Assembly (NCBI GenBank): GCA_024682255.1
Contig: GCA_024682255.1_4716.1
Length of the DNA stretch: 64,000 nt
Source: a phage
Strand: one strand, 5' to 3'
The notes below the pieces were generated by a model that ran no database searches, was not told where the DNA came from, and was given only the letters and a program-made list of their open reading frames with translations. Made by a program: the position numbers and the translations under genes. Shown here piece by piece: positions 9,104 to 18,619 of the stretch. Positions within the stretch are counted from its first letter, which is position 1. Every line of letters starts with the position of its first letter.

Positions 9104-10348
9104 ATGCTCATGTCTTCTATTTTACAGGTGTTTAATGCGCATGCGGAAGGCATTGACATCGACGAGTATTTTGTTAATCAGGTTATCCGTTACGCGACAC
9201 GCTTCCGTACGCAAGACCAAGAACATATGCGTTTTTTCGGTGGGGTTCTGTTAGGTGTACAGAAAATCCGATTCACAACAAGACATAACGATATGTGGTT
9301 TTCCGACGTCTTGATGATGGATGAAGAAAGCTTACGACGCGATTTGAGTAAACTGCCCTTTTACAATACGCAGACCAACCGTGTCGCCTCAAACGCCTTT
9401 AATCTAAGTTGCTGTTGGTTGCTTTATGCGATCTTCCACAGCAAACAAATCAAAAAAGAAAAGGTTCGTGAAGCCGGGATGCTTGCAGCAATGCAAGTCC
9501 TCCATTATAAATTTATTTGTGGTCTGGTAGCACGACGTTATCCTTATAACGCCGATCCGGCTATCGCTATTAAAGCGTACGATGAGTTAACCCTCAAATC
9601 AGGCATCAAGCGTATGAATAGCTGGAATGAGTACATCGACGAACGCTGTAATGCCATCATTGCGCGTAATAGTACACATTTCAGTCGTTGGTCAACCCTA
9701 GAACCTGATAGCGTCGCCGAACGTTTTGTACGTGATGTGAATACCGGAATCCGTAAGGTTATCAACCGTATCACCGATACGTACTATGCGATGTATGAAG
9801 AGGGTAAGAAGATAGGCACGTCCTCTCAAACCGTAGAATTAGACGACGGCCTCGCTGTTCGCGATATCAAACGCAACGAAACCACTTATCGTCAATATCT
9901 GTTCGAAATCGCTTATGACCGAACAAGTTTCGTTAAACGTGAACTCATGGTCGTCATACTCGACGTGCATCATACGACCAATCTTTTATCCCTTGAGCGA
10001 GCGTTAAGCTATATCAGCGCTAACGTAGAACGACCGACAAGAGACGGAAAACAGGTCTCTCAGATGTTGCGGCTTGTAATGGAGCATGCTATCGAGTATA
10101 TCATCTTGAATAAGGTCGATATGCGCGATCTTACGTTCTTATTCTACATGCGTAACGTGTACACGTCTAACCGCACCAGCAACCCGAAACTGTTGGAACT
10201 GCGTAAACTCGGCTCTGAAGTCATTAAGAAAGCAACCAACGCGAGAAACGACGCTGAAGCCGCAGCGACACGCACTGGTGTCTTTCTGTATATCCTACTT
10301 CGTGTGTTTAGCCGTAACTACTATGTTCGACGCGCGATGTCTCGCTAA
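9104..10348 (+). CDS. hypothetical protein
   Basis: 414-aa ORF, GAGGGAG SD. Confidence 0.5.
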   Translation: MLMSSILQVFNAHAEGIDIDEYFVNQVIRYATRFRTQDQEHMRFFGGVLLGVQKIRFTTRHNDMWFSDVLMMDEESLRRDLSKLPFYNTQTNRVASNAFNLSCCWLLYAIFHSKQIKKEKVREAGMLAAMQVLHYKFICGLVARRYPYNADPAIAIKAYDELTLKSGIKRMNSWNEYIDERCNAIIARNSTHFSRWSTLEPDSVAERFVRDVNTGIRKVINRITDTYYAMYEEGKKIGTSSQTVELDDGLAVRDIKRNETTYRQYLFEIAYDRTSFVKRELMVVILDVHHTTNLLSLERALSYISANVERPTRDGKQVSQMLRLVMEHAIEYIILNKVDMRDLTFLFYMRNVYTSNRTSNPKLLELRKLGSEVIKKATNARNDAEAAATRTGVFLYILLRVFSRNYYVRRAMSR

Positions 10349-10498
10349 CAACGTAACGGTAAAACTTTACTGACGTTGGTTATTATTTGAAGCATAGGGC
10401 TTCACCCAGGAGTACCATCCCTTTAAGTCGTTTGTCCTCTCCTGGTTAACTGTCGTTCTCTCACAGTGCTCGACAGACCAAAAATGCTCAGGCCTCAT

Positions 10499-10527
10499 AG
10501 CCTCCTCTGGGAATGGAACCCAGAGGA
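10499..10527 (-). terminator. 11-bp perfect stem hairpin cctcctctggg/cccagaggagg followed on minus strand by CTATGAGG
   Basis: inverted repeat read directly; sits in ~190-bp non-coding stretch. Confidence 0.35.
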
Positions 10528-10541
10528 GGACTATGTTTGCC

Positions 10542-10850
10542 TTAAAATTCAATGCGACCTTTTGCCGTAAATAATACACCTCTTTGCCAACAGAAAAAAT
10601 CCTCCGATTGAGCGCAGACACGAATACCCACATCGAATAGATGTTTTGTTCTGGCGCTTAAACAATCTGGATCTTCTACATACAACAGAAGACGTTGGCA
10701 TTTATTTTGAATGCGTTCGACAAGGATATTCTTATCGCTTAAAATAAAGTGCGCGTTATCTGTTAAGTTATCGTCGGTTTCCAGCTGCTTGACGAGTTTG
10801 ATTAAAATACGTAATTGCTCAAGTGTGTCATGATCAAGTGAATCACCCAT
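10542..10850 (-). CDS. hypothetical small protein
   Basis: ORF track 10542-10862, internal ATG chosen. Confidence 0.4.
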   Translation of the reverse strand: MGDSLDHDTLEQLRILIKLVKQLETDDNLTDNAHFILSDKNILVERIQNKCQRLLLYVEDPDCLSARTKHLFDVGIRVCAQSEDFFCWQRGVLFTAKGRIEF

Positions 10851-10897
10851 GGCGTACCTCAACGTTATACGTCGTTTGTATTATAATACGCTATCGT

Positions 10898-10921
10898 CTC
10901 CCCGCCTGTATTAACGGGGAG
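10898..10921 (-). terminator. hairpin ctccccg/cggggag immediately downstream of terminase gene
   Basis: inverted repeat. Confidence 0.4.
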
Positions 10922-10935
10922 TCTGCAGACTACTC

Positions 10936-13167
10936 TTAGAAAAAACCGCCCGGACGGTATTGACCCATCGTCATCCACGCATTACGAGAAATATTCCGTT
11001 CATTCGAAGAGCGGCTTATTTGACGATAAGTATTCGCTCGTTCCTCCCTTGCTTTCGTGATCATCGCATCAATAGAAACAGCCGCTGAATCTTCCCCACG
11101 TATTTTTCCTTTATACGTAAGAAGCTCTGCCTCCAATCGATCCAAGATAAGGCCGTTGGTTTCGGTCTTAAGCAACTCATAGATTTCAGCAACGCGTTGA
11201 CGTAGCTTCGCCTGCTGTTGGTTAAGATACGCTTCATACGGATCGATTTCACCCGTTACAGATGCCGGTAAACGACTCATGACTTTAAGCGGATCGATAC
11301 CGTAATGAATCTGTTTCTTAGCGCGCTTGATGAACCACATCGCTAACATCCAGGCGAACGTCATGTCATCATGCATTCCGTCCTGGTGGTCGACACGTCC
11401 ATCTTTGATAACCAATCCAAGGATCTCGGAACACAGCATCTTATCGCGTAACTGCCCGCGGGTTTCTACGATACCTTCCATCAAGATGTCGGAATACAAC
11501 TCCATGCGTTTGCGTGCATCCGTCGTGAAGCCCAAATGCCGTTTACGCTGAGCGTACCAACTTTCATCACGCATGCTCAATGGCAGTTTCAGGTCTTCGA
11601 ACATCGCTGGGTTATCAGCATGTCTGTCCACAATGGTGTTGTATACACGTTTGAACACGTCGATGCCTGCTTGTCTCAGGAACTCTTCAATCGCGTCTAA
11701 CAACATGATTGCACTGCTTTTACGTTCAGGAATCAACGTAACGTTCTTAAAACGCATCATGAAGTTGGCCATCCAACGAGCAAAAGAAAGCAGGCTCAGT
11801 TTATTAAAACGTCCTGTCGCAACAACTTCTGCTGTTTCCACATCCACCATCACCAAACCGATAGCATCACGACCTATTGCATCACTGGTGTCTAAACCAG
11901 CAACCACCTTATTGTTCTGCATGTATGTCTCGATTTTACCTCGAGGTATATACCAGTTAATGCAGTAGCCTTCAGGTGAGATCTCGATATGGTCGATTTC
12001 ACGTTGTCCTGCCATGATCATCTCAACCATCTCAGCGGTTAACGGGCTTTCTGCTGAACCGTTGGTCCAAATGTTCATGTAGTCACGGTCTTTCTGAAGT
12101 TTATCACCTTCCGTTTCGTTCATGGTTTTTGCTAACCATTCGTCACTGAATCCCAATTGAGCATGGTTCCATTGTGCCCCTATCCTGACGGTCGCTTTGC
12201 TAAGTTCACACGGTACGTTGTTCAATACCGTCTGATGCAGATGCTTTTCGTTACGGCAGTCAAAGAAACTTTCAGAGAACGGCGCTGAACGCATGAAAAC
12301 TTCATAAGCCCATTTGCCTTCGCGTTTATCCAATTCACCTGCTGTTGTCGTGTAGATGATACTTGTCAGGTCGCCGTTGCTTAATGCTTCATCGCGTGCC
12401 GCACCCATCGCACCGATACCAGCAGGAACAATGATTTCGATGTATTTCGTAAACGCGGTTTCGTCGCTATGGAATAGCGGGGTTGTTAGACCACGACCGA
12501 TGTTTGTTGCTTGTTTCTTATCCGAACGCGGAATCTTTACCGATAGCTTGTTCTTGAAACGCGTGTAGGTCACGTTCTCTTTGTTCGATGAATCGCGACT
12601 ATCCAGCGTCCAGAGATACGCAGGCAACAGATCGCGTATACTACGCACGTCTTCTACCGTTTTCGTACGGGCATCACCGTCTTTTGTTAACTGAATAACC
12701 TCGGTGTTTCGACTACGAACATAGGTTAGATAACAGAACAACCCTAACATGGTCATGGATTTACCCGTCTGACGTATCTGTATCTGATACCAGTTCGTTC
12801 GGGTAAATATCCCCCAGAGCATCGGAATGTTACCGCGGTTAGCACGGAATGAAATTTTGTTATCACCCGCTTTAGCCGGAACACGCATCACTTCACGGAA
12901 GAAGTACCACGGATTAAGATAGCATTCCGCACTGATCATCTGAATCTGTTCTGACGTCAAATTCGGTGCGTGGGGATCGACACCAATCAATCTTGGGTTT
13001 AATAACGCCATGAAAAACGCAGAGTTCCGGACACCGAATTCACGACGATACAAGATCGCTAAATCACGCCAACTTGTGTTTGTTGTTTCCCAGTGTGGAA
13101 CAGCCTGAGGAAAATAATCCCAATCTTCCTCAAACAGGATGATTTTCTTCGGATCGACAATCGACAT
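10936..13167 (-). CDS. terL: terminase large subunit
   Basis: Walker-A-like RQTGKSMTM near N-terminus; C-terminal nuclease-like acidic motifs (GLDTSDAIGRDAIGLV, VDHQDGMHDDMTFAWMLAMW); 743 aa. Confidence 0.8.
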   Translation of the reverse strand: MSIVDPKKIILFEEDWDYFPQAVPHWETTNTSWRDLAILYRREFGVRNSAFFMALLNPRLIGVDPHAPNLTSEQIQMISAECYLNPWYFFREVMRVPAKAGDNKISFRANRGNIPMLWGIFTRTNWYQIQIRQTGKSMTMLGLFCYLTYVRSRNTEVIQLTKDGDARTKTVEDVRSIRDLLPAYLWTLDSRDSSNKENVTYTRFKNKLSVKIPRSDKKQATNIGRGLTTPLFHSDETAFTKYIEIIVPAGIGAMGAARDEALSNGDLTSIIYTTTAGELDKREGKWAYEVFMRSAPFSESFFDCRNEKHLHQTVLNNVPCELSKATVRIGAQWNHAQLGFSDEWLAKTMNETEGDKLQKDRDYMNIWTNGSAESPLTAEMVEMIMAGQREIDHIEISPEGYCINWYIPRGKIETYMQNNKVVAGLDTSDAIGRDAIGLVMVDVETAEVVATGRFNKLSLLSFARWMANFMMRFKNVTLIPERKSSAIMLLDAIEEFLRQAGIDVFKRVYNTIVDRHADNPAMFEDLKLPLSMRDESWYAQRKRHLGFTTDARKRMELYSDILMEGIVETRGQLRDKMLCSEILGLVIKDGRVDHQDGMHDDMTFAWMLAMWFIKRAKKQIHYGIDPLKVMSRLPASVTGEIDPYEAYLNQQQAKLRQRVAEIYELLKTETNGLILDRLEAELLTYKGKIRGEDSAAVSIDAMITKAREERANTYRQISRSSNERNISRNAWMTMGQYRPGGFF

Positions 13168-13217
13168 ATAAACTCCTCCGATGGAGGGTGCTCGGCACCC
13201 TCCATCGTTGTATTACC

Positions 13218-14957
13218 TTATGCGACTTTACTAATAACGACTGCTGTGATACCGAGATGTAGGTCGACGCCATTCTGTACTTTAATCCAGCGGATATACA
13301 GGTTAGCGTTATCCTGTCCCGTACCACCTGGGACGTTATTGTTCCTATTCCATTGCGAGATTTCGAAACGTTTCTGCACGTTAGGACCAACCATGATTTC
13401 AAAGTGGGTCGGTTCTGGTGCTTTCGATTCCGTTTTCTCAAGATAGAGCGGATGTATCGGGTAGTAAAGCTGCTTCAACCATTCACCCAGATCTGAGTGT
13501 TTGTTCGTCAAGTCAACATACGCGTTACCAGCAACATCGTAAGTAAACAATGCTTTCGTGTTACGACCGTACACATCCGTTGTCGTCGGCGTTGTTTGCG
13601 AGCTGAACGTTACTGTCCAATAATCACCAGATGTTGCCGAACCTGCTTGCAGTAACGTCATTCGAATAGTCTGCGTATGACGTACGCGTTTGTAAACGGT
13701 AGGATCGACTTCATCTAACCAGATGTTATACGCAAATTCCTGAGGTTGTCCGTATTTCTTCGGATTAAACTCAGGGCTGTTCAGTGCCAATTGTACTTTA
13801 TCGGTTACGTTGTAGTATCGTTCACGGTCAACGTTATACAACCAGAACACCAGCTCGTATCCCACTGCATCAGATACCCATTGTGGATAGCAGAACAGTT
13901 TAACACTGTAAGCCCCTTTCGCTTCTTTAGAAACGACAGTATAAGGTACGCTGATATGTTTCACTGCGCCAGGTAACGCGTAGGATGTGTCCTCATCATC
14001 GTCCAGGTAGTAGTGTAACGCCAGCGGGTGTTTGCTGTTGATAACCTGGGACGTGAAGACGTTAAGGCCGTCCAACACAACCTTGTTGCCAGTAACCGGC
14101 CAATGTTTAATGGAGCCGTCACTGTAAGTGACTTCAGCCTGAAGGTCAACGGAATCCAGGTTGACGTTGATCGGCAACTCAAGCAGTTTGGTATCGCTGC
14201 TGCTCAACCACGTTGATTTCAGTCGTACCCCGTCTTCCAGAATATATTTAATACCCTGATCTGGTGTGCGTACATAGTCGGTGATACGAACAATCATACG
14301 TTTCATGGATAGCGGCTGTGGGCCATCGCCATAACCTACTACCATCACCTGCTCAAAATCTTCGACCGGCTTGATGCAGTAACCTTCGCGGGGTGCCCAG
14401 ATAGCTTTATTCGTTCCGTCTTTGTAAGCGATAAGCTGGCACGGAATGAAATCGCTAATCTTATTCCCGCTGTTATCATACATCGCACTGATGATTTCGC
14501 CTTTGGCGCTAATATCAGAACCGCGGAACACCGCGATACGTCGAATATCCGAGCCATGCAGATGGAAACGACGATCGATATTCATCGTAGCTGGGATCGT
14601 GTTCGTATTAATCAAGACACGCCACGTATCGTACGACCATGTCGGATCAATACCTTCGAAGGTTGTCGTCCCATCGTCCTGACCATCGAACGGAGCAGAC
14701 AGCTGACCGATAAGTTTAAGGGTACTTAGTTTAGTGCGATCGTCTACGGCGATAACACGGTATACTGCGTTGGTATCCCAGTCTTCAACTTTATCGTCCA
14801 CGTTGGGAACGTAAAGTTTCCAGTCTTCTTCAACGCCATTATAGATCTCTTTATACGCATAGGTGGTATAGCGTCTGTCGAGATCCTGAATAGCGAGTTT
14901 ATCCGGATGCTGTTGTGCATAAAGCACCGGATTGGTAATCTCTCTTCCCATTATCAC
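13218..14957 (-). CDS. hypothetical protein, probably virion-associated
   Basis: 579-aa ORF adjacent to terminase and large structural-type ORFs. Confidence 0.45.
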   Translation of the reverse strand: MIMGREITNPVLYAQQHPDKLAIQDLDRRYTTYAYKEIYNGVEEDWKLYVPNVDDKVEDWDTNAVYRVIAVDDRTKLSTLKLIGQLSAPFDGQDDGTTTFEGIDPTWSYDTWRVLINTNTIPATMNIDRRFHLHGSDIRRIAVFRGSDISAKGEIISAMYDNSGNKISDFIPCQLIAYKDGTNKAIWAPREGYCIKPVEDFEQVMVVGYGDGPQPLSMKRMIVRITDYVRTPDQGIKYILEDGVRLKSTWLSSSDTKLLELPINVNLDSVDLQAEVTYSDGSIKHWPVTGNKVVLDGLNVFTSQVINSKHPLALHYYLDDDEDTSYALPGAVKHISVPYTVVSKEAKGAYSVKLFCYPQWVSDAVGYELVFWLYNVDRERYYNVTDKVQLALNSPEFNPKKYGQPQEFAYNIWLDEVDPTVYKRVRHTQTIRMTLLQAGSATSGDYWTVTFSSQTTPTTTDVYGRNTKALFTYDVAGNAYVDLTNKHSDLGEWLKQLYYPIHPLYLEKTESKAPEPTHFEIMVGPNVQKRFEISQWNRNNNVPGGTGQDNANLYIRWIKVQNGVDLHLGITAVVISKVA

Positions 14958-17548
14958 TCACCTTTGATTGTGTAAAACTTCGTGAAGTCCACGCGATCTT
15001 TCAAGAACTCACGACTGACGCGTTCTAAGAATCGCAGTTGTTTAACCGTAACTTCAAGCGGTGTCCAACTGTCGTGTGGATGAATAGAGACCATCCGCCA
15101 ATCGTAATTACGTAACGCAGGATCGTAGTCATAGAACCATTTATACGGCCCCATGAAATCCATCAGTTTAACGTCCTGCATGTCAGGATCGGGATCGATA
15201 ACACCATTGATAAGATCGTACGTTACCGCCATCAACGTCGGGCTGATAAGCTGGTATTTGTTTTCAATCGTTACCGGCGTATCGTACTTCACACGAGGGA
15301 AATACAAGGACATATAGTCTTCAACGCGCTTATCGGTTTCAAGACTTTTGTCGCGTAGATAATACGTGTCTGTGTTCACGAGACCACGGATAGGGGCAAT
15401 AACGTGATAAATCGCATAAGGTACCCCATCGTTGACTTTGATGTCGGCAGGGTATTGCGTGTCCTCTGCTGTAACCACTTCGCTACGATCGTAAATACGT
15501 CCACCAACCACAATACGAACAACATGATCGTCGCGAACATTAAACACGTCGTCGTAAGAAAGCTGGTTATGCATCGTCCAACCGGTATCGTAAACGGTTT
15601 CGCCGGTTAAGTCCGTGCGTGGAAAACCGGTGCATCTCACGGTAACCGTGTGTGTGTTCCCTTCACTGAAATACCGTTTCGCGTTGATCACGATCGTTGG
15701 CCATTTTACGATATAATCGATATCGCGTACCAAGCTGTAGCTTTTGGTTGCTCGCTCGTCACCTAACCATACTTCGATTTGACCAGGTTCGAAAGGCAGC
15801 GGATATTCAACATCAATACCCGTCGTAACATCCAACCATACGGTATGGTTACGATGTTGTATTGTGGTCTTATACGCTAAGAAGTAGGTGTCGAACAACA
15901 CTAAACCGGTTTGCTTTCTTCCATCCAACGACCATTTTATCACCCCGTTCTCTTCCGTTACCACAGAAGCATCGTCGGTAACATCCTTCCATGTGTTCGC
16001 AACAGGTTGTCCGTTACGAAGGTTTACGCTATAGCAACGGTAGCTTGCCCATTCACGGATTGGGACGTCGGCAACACCCATCACGTAATCAAGCGTTCTC
16101 CCACCAACACCCGATCGACCCTCAACATAGGACGTGGTTTCATATTGCGGATAAAAATGTCGGCCTGCTGGATGTTGCGTGATACCCAATAATAGACCGT
16201 CACTGTCGTACTCGAAAAACGTCGCATTTGCACGCAAACCCCATGGTACTTCAGCAGTAGGGGTACCCATATCGTCAGTAACGCGTTGTGGACTATCTGC
16301 AACCAGTTTTGCCATCGCGTTATACCCGTAAGCGGAGGTCACCATGTCGATGGTGATATTGCTTTCCTTATTACGCATGATGCGTGTATAATCACTGGCT
16401 TCAAGGGTACGTGCAAAGAACTCAGGTATATTAGCGTTCTGTTCTAACATTGCACCGACGATGACGTCGTCTGGAAGTTTATACAATTCGTGAATGCGAT
16501 TATGTTCAAAGGTTAACTGCGTTTTCAGCCCACTATCGCGGATAACCACTTCCAGGGTTAAATCCCGAAGCGATTCTGCACCATCAACCCGTTCGACGAA
16601 GTAACTGACATAATCAACAGGAATCCCGTAATCACGATGCGTGAGCATGCGGATACTATTTTCCTGGTTGGTATGGTAATAACGTCCTTTTCCGTTAGGT
16701 CCTTTCACGTAGATATCAACATCATCACGATACTGGATCTTAGTATCTATTTCATCTTTCGGTGGATGAATAAGGTACTTCACTTTTTTGTCCAGATCGC
16801 TGTTGTACGTTTTAAGATCTTCTACACGGAAGCTGTACCGATGAACAACCGTACCGTCATAGACGACCTGAATGCTATCGCCGATCTTAAAACTTGACGG
16901 TGGGATGTCTTCAACCGCTTCACCATTGATGCTGCAGTGCGTCCAGCCGATACCGGTTTCCTGGATCTTTTTACGCCAGGCGTATAGCTGACGTTGCCAC
17001 TGCAGAACCTGTGTCGAGCTGGTTACAATCCCCCCAAGGACATGCACTTCACGCCCCGTCGGTTTCGTGTATGATGGATAGCCTTCTGCGAAGTCAGCAT
17101 TGAGATAAGTGCGCCAGTAATAATCACCAACGCCAAGGTCAGCGATATTCGGTTGGTCGAGCACACAGACCAGCATCGTTTCGTTTTCCAGATTACCCGT
17201 CCACGTTAATGTCAACGGGAATTCTTTACCGTCCTCGGTATAGATGTTGTAATACGATCCCTTCACCTCACAGAACTTGCTGAGTTCTCGCCACCACAAC
17301 CGCCCAGCCCCGACATTAAAATCCTCTCCCATATGTCGTCCAATAACAAACACATGGAACGTATTCGTATCGTCAGGAAGATTGAATGTACGATGCCACG
17401 CCGTAAAGTTTTTTACTGCGCCGGTCTTTCCGGTAATACGACGCATCTTGATACGATGCTGGTTGTCCATTAATGGACGGCAGTTCACATTCAGCGCAGC
17501 ATGATTTATCAAGTATTGCGCTGTAGGATTAGAAGCGTTCAACACCAC
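14954..17548 (-). CDS. large hypothetical protein, probably virion structural
   Basis: 864-aa ORF, no enzymatic motif recognised. Confidence 0.45.
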   Translation of the reverse strand: MVLNASNPTAQYLINHAALNVNCRPLMDNQHRIKMRRITGKTGAVKNFTAWHRTFNLPDDTNTFHVFVIGRHMGEDFNVGAGRLWWRELSKFCEVKGSYYNIYTEDGKEFPLTLTWTGNLENETMLVCVLDQPNIADLGVGDYYWRTYLNADFAEGYPSYTKPTGREVHVLGGIVTSSTQVLQWQRQLYAWRKKIQETGIGWTHCSINGEAVEDIPPSSFKIGDSIQVVYDGTVVHRYSFRVEDLKTYNSDLDKKVKYLIHPPKDEIDTKIQYRDDVDIYVKGPNGKGRYYHTNQENSIRMLTHRDYGIPVDYVSYFVERVDGAESLRDLTLEVVIRDSGLKTQLTFEHNRIHELYKLPDDVIVGAMLEQNANIPEFFARTLEASDYTRIMRNKESNITIDMVTSAYGYNAMAKLVADSPQRVTDDMGTPTAEVPWGLRANATFFEYDSDGLLLGITQHPAGRHFYPQYETTSYVEGRSGVGGRTLDYVMGVADVPIREWASYRCYSVNLRNGQPVANTWKDVTDDASVVTEENGVIKWSLDGRKQTGLVLFDTYFLAYKTTIQHRNHTVWLDVTTGIDVEYPLPFEPGQIEVWLGDERATKSYSLVRDIDYIVKWPTIVINAKRYFSEGNTHTVTVRCTGFPRTDLTGETVYDTGWTMHNQLSYDDVFNVRDDHVVRIVVGGRIYDRSEVVTAEDTQYPADIKVNDGVPYAIYHVIAPIRGLVNTDTYYLRDKSLETDKRVEDYMSLYFPRVKYDTPVTIENKYQLISPTLMAVTYDLINGVIDPDPDMQDVKLMDFMGPYKWFYDYDPALRNYDWRMVSIHPHDSWTPLEVTVKQLRFLERVSREFLKDRVDFTKFYTIKGE

Positions 17549-18476
17549 GGCATGCCTCCAGGAGGTATTTCATGTTGGCTTGGAAATCATTGACGTCACG
17601 CGCCATACGACGCTGATCCGCCATGAGACGAGCCAACACGGTATCACGGTAACCACGATCGTGGTCAGCAGCAGAGCATAAAAGAATAAATGTTGGTGGG
17701 TGCTCTAAAGCAATCCCGGCAACTTCTTTACTATAACCCCCAACCCAACTGTAAGCGGTGATTTCAAACAACAACGCCTGGGTTAACGTGTTCAAACGGG
17801 GACTAATATTACTTTCTTTTAACGCTGTTACAAAAGCTGCCATGTTAGGGATATAACCCAGGTTTTCGGTTACGATACCGATGCTCGCAAAATCGTAACG
17901 AAGCGTTGTCTGGATGGTGCGCACCATAGTTAGTCTTTCATTATTTGTAAGGCTATCTTTAAACAAGCAAAGATAATACCATGCTGTTATGATGGCAACA
18001 TCGCGACGTTGTTGAAGGTCCAGTCCTAAACGTTGTGTGATTTGTCCGCTAATCCAATCACAAAAGACACGCATCGGGATAGGGCCAAGACGTTCAAAAG
18101 GGCGTGTGCCCAAGGATTCCCATCCTACCTGAAGATACGCACGTGATTGAAGAAAGTTATATTCACGTTCGTTAACAACGGTAGTACGCGATCCTGGGCG
18201 TGAAGTATCTGTTGGGGTGCGCGCGTAGGCGCGTTGGTCGATAACAACGCGCTGTCCGTCCATCACTGTTTTAATGACCAATGGATGACCAAAAGAAGGG
18301 ATATCGTCCAACGTATTTTTGTTGCCGATGACTTCGAGAACGGGAGTGTTTACGCCACTTTCTTCACCGGGTGCACTTAACAATCCGCCGACGTAAGCAA
18401 CTTCGATAGCGGTTCGGATACGGTCAATGCCTTTTAGTTTTGTTCCAACAGTTGTGTCGTAAGGAGAGATGAACAT
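17529..18476 (-). CDS. hypothetical protein
   Basis: 315-aa ORF; TTATATGCCG ~20 nt upstream of start. Confidence 0.5.
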   Translation of the reverse strand: MFISPYDTTVGTKLKGIDRIRTAIEVAYVGGLLSAPGEESGVNTPVLEVIGNKNTLDDIPSFGHPLVIKTVMDGQRVVIDQRAYARTPTDTSRPGSRTTVVNEREYNFLQSRAYLQVGWESLGTRPFERLGPIPMRVFCDWISGQITQRLGLDLQQRRDVAIITAWYYLCLFKDSLTNNERLTMVRTIQTTLRYDFASIGIVTENLGYIPNMAAFVTALKESNISPRLNTLTQALLFEITAYSWVGGYSKEVAGIALEHPPTFILLCSAADHDRGYRDTVLARLMADQRRMARDVNDFQANMKYLLEACRGVERF

Positions 18477-18619
18477 ATGTAATTCCTTTATTACGGCATA
18501 TAAGAAAACGGGTTAAGCACACAGATTTACGCATAATTGTAATATTTTACGTTATGCCTATGACATTGTGTCACGTGTGCAATTATGTCATACAATTTCC
18601 TTAAATTAAGGAGAGTTCC
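18477..18619. promoter_or_regulatory. divergent control region with TATGCC(G/T) motifs facing both flanking genes
   Basis: TTATATGCCG on minus strand and TTATGCCTATG on plus strand; AAGGAGAG SD before 18620. Confidence 0.35.

Noticed and set aside
10863-10897. Host sigma70-like -10 element (TATTATAATAC) after the terminase terminator
   Set aside because: AT-rich hexamers occur frequently by chance and no matching -35 element at proper spacing could be confirmed without computation.
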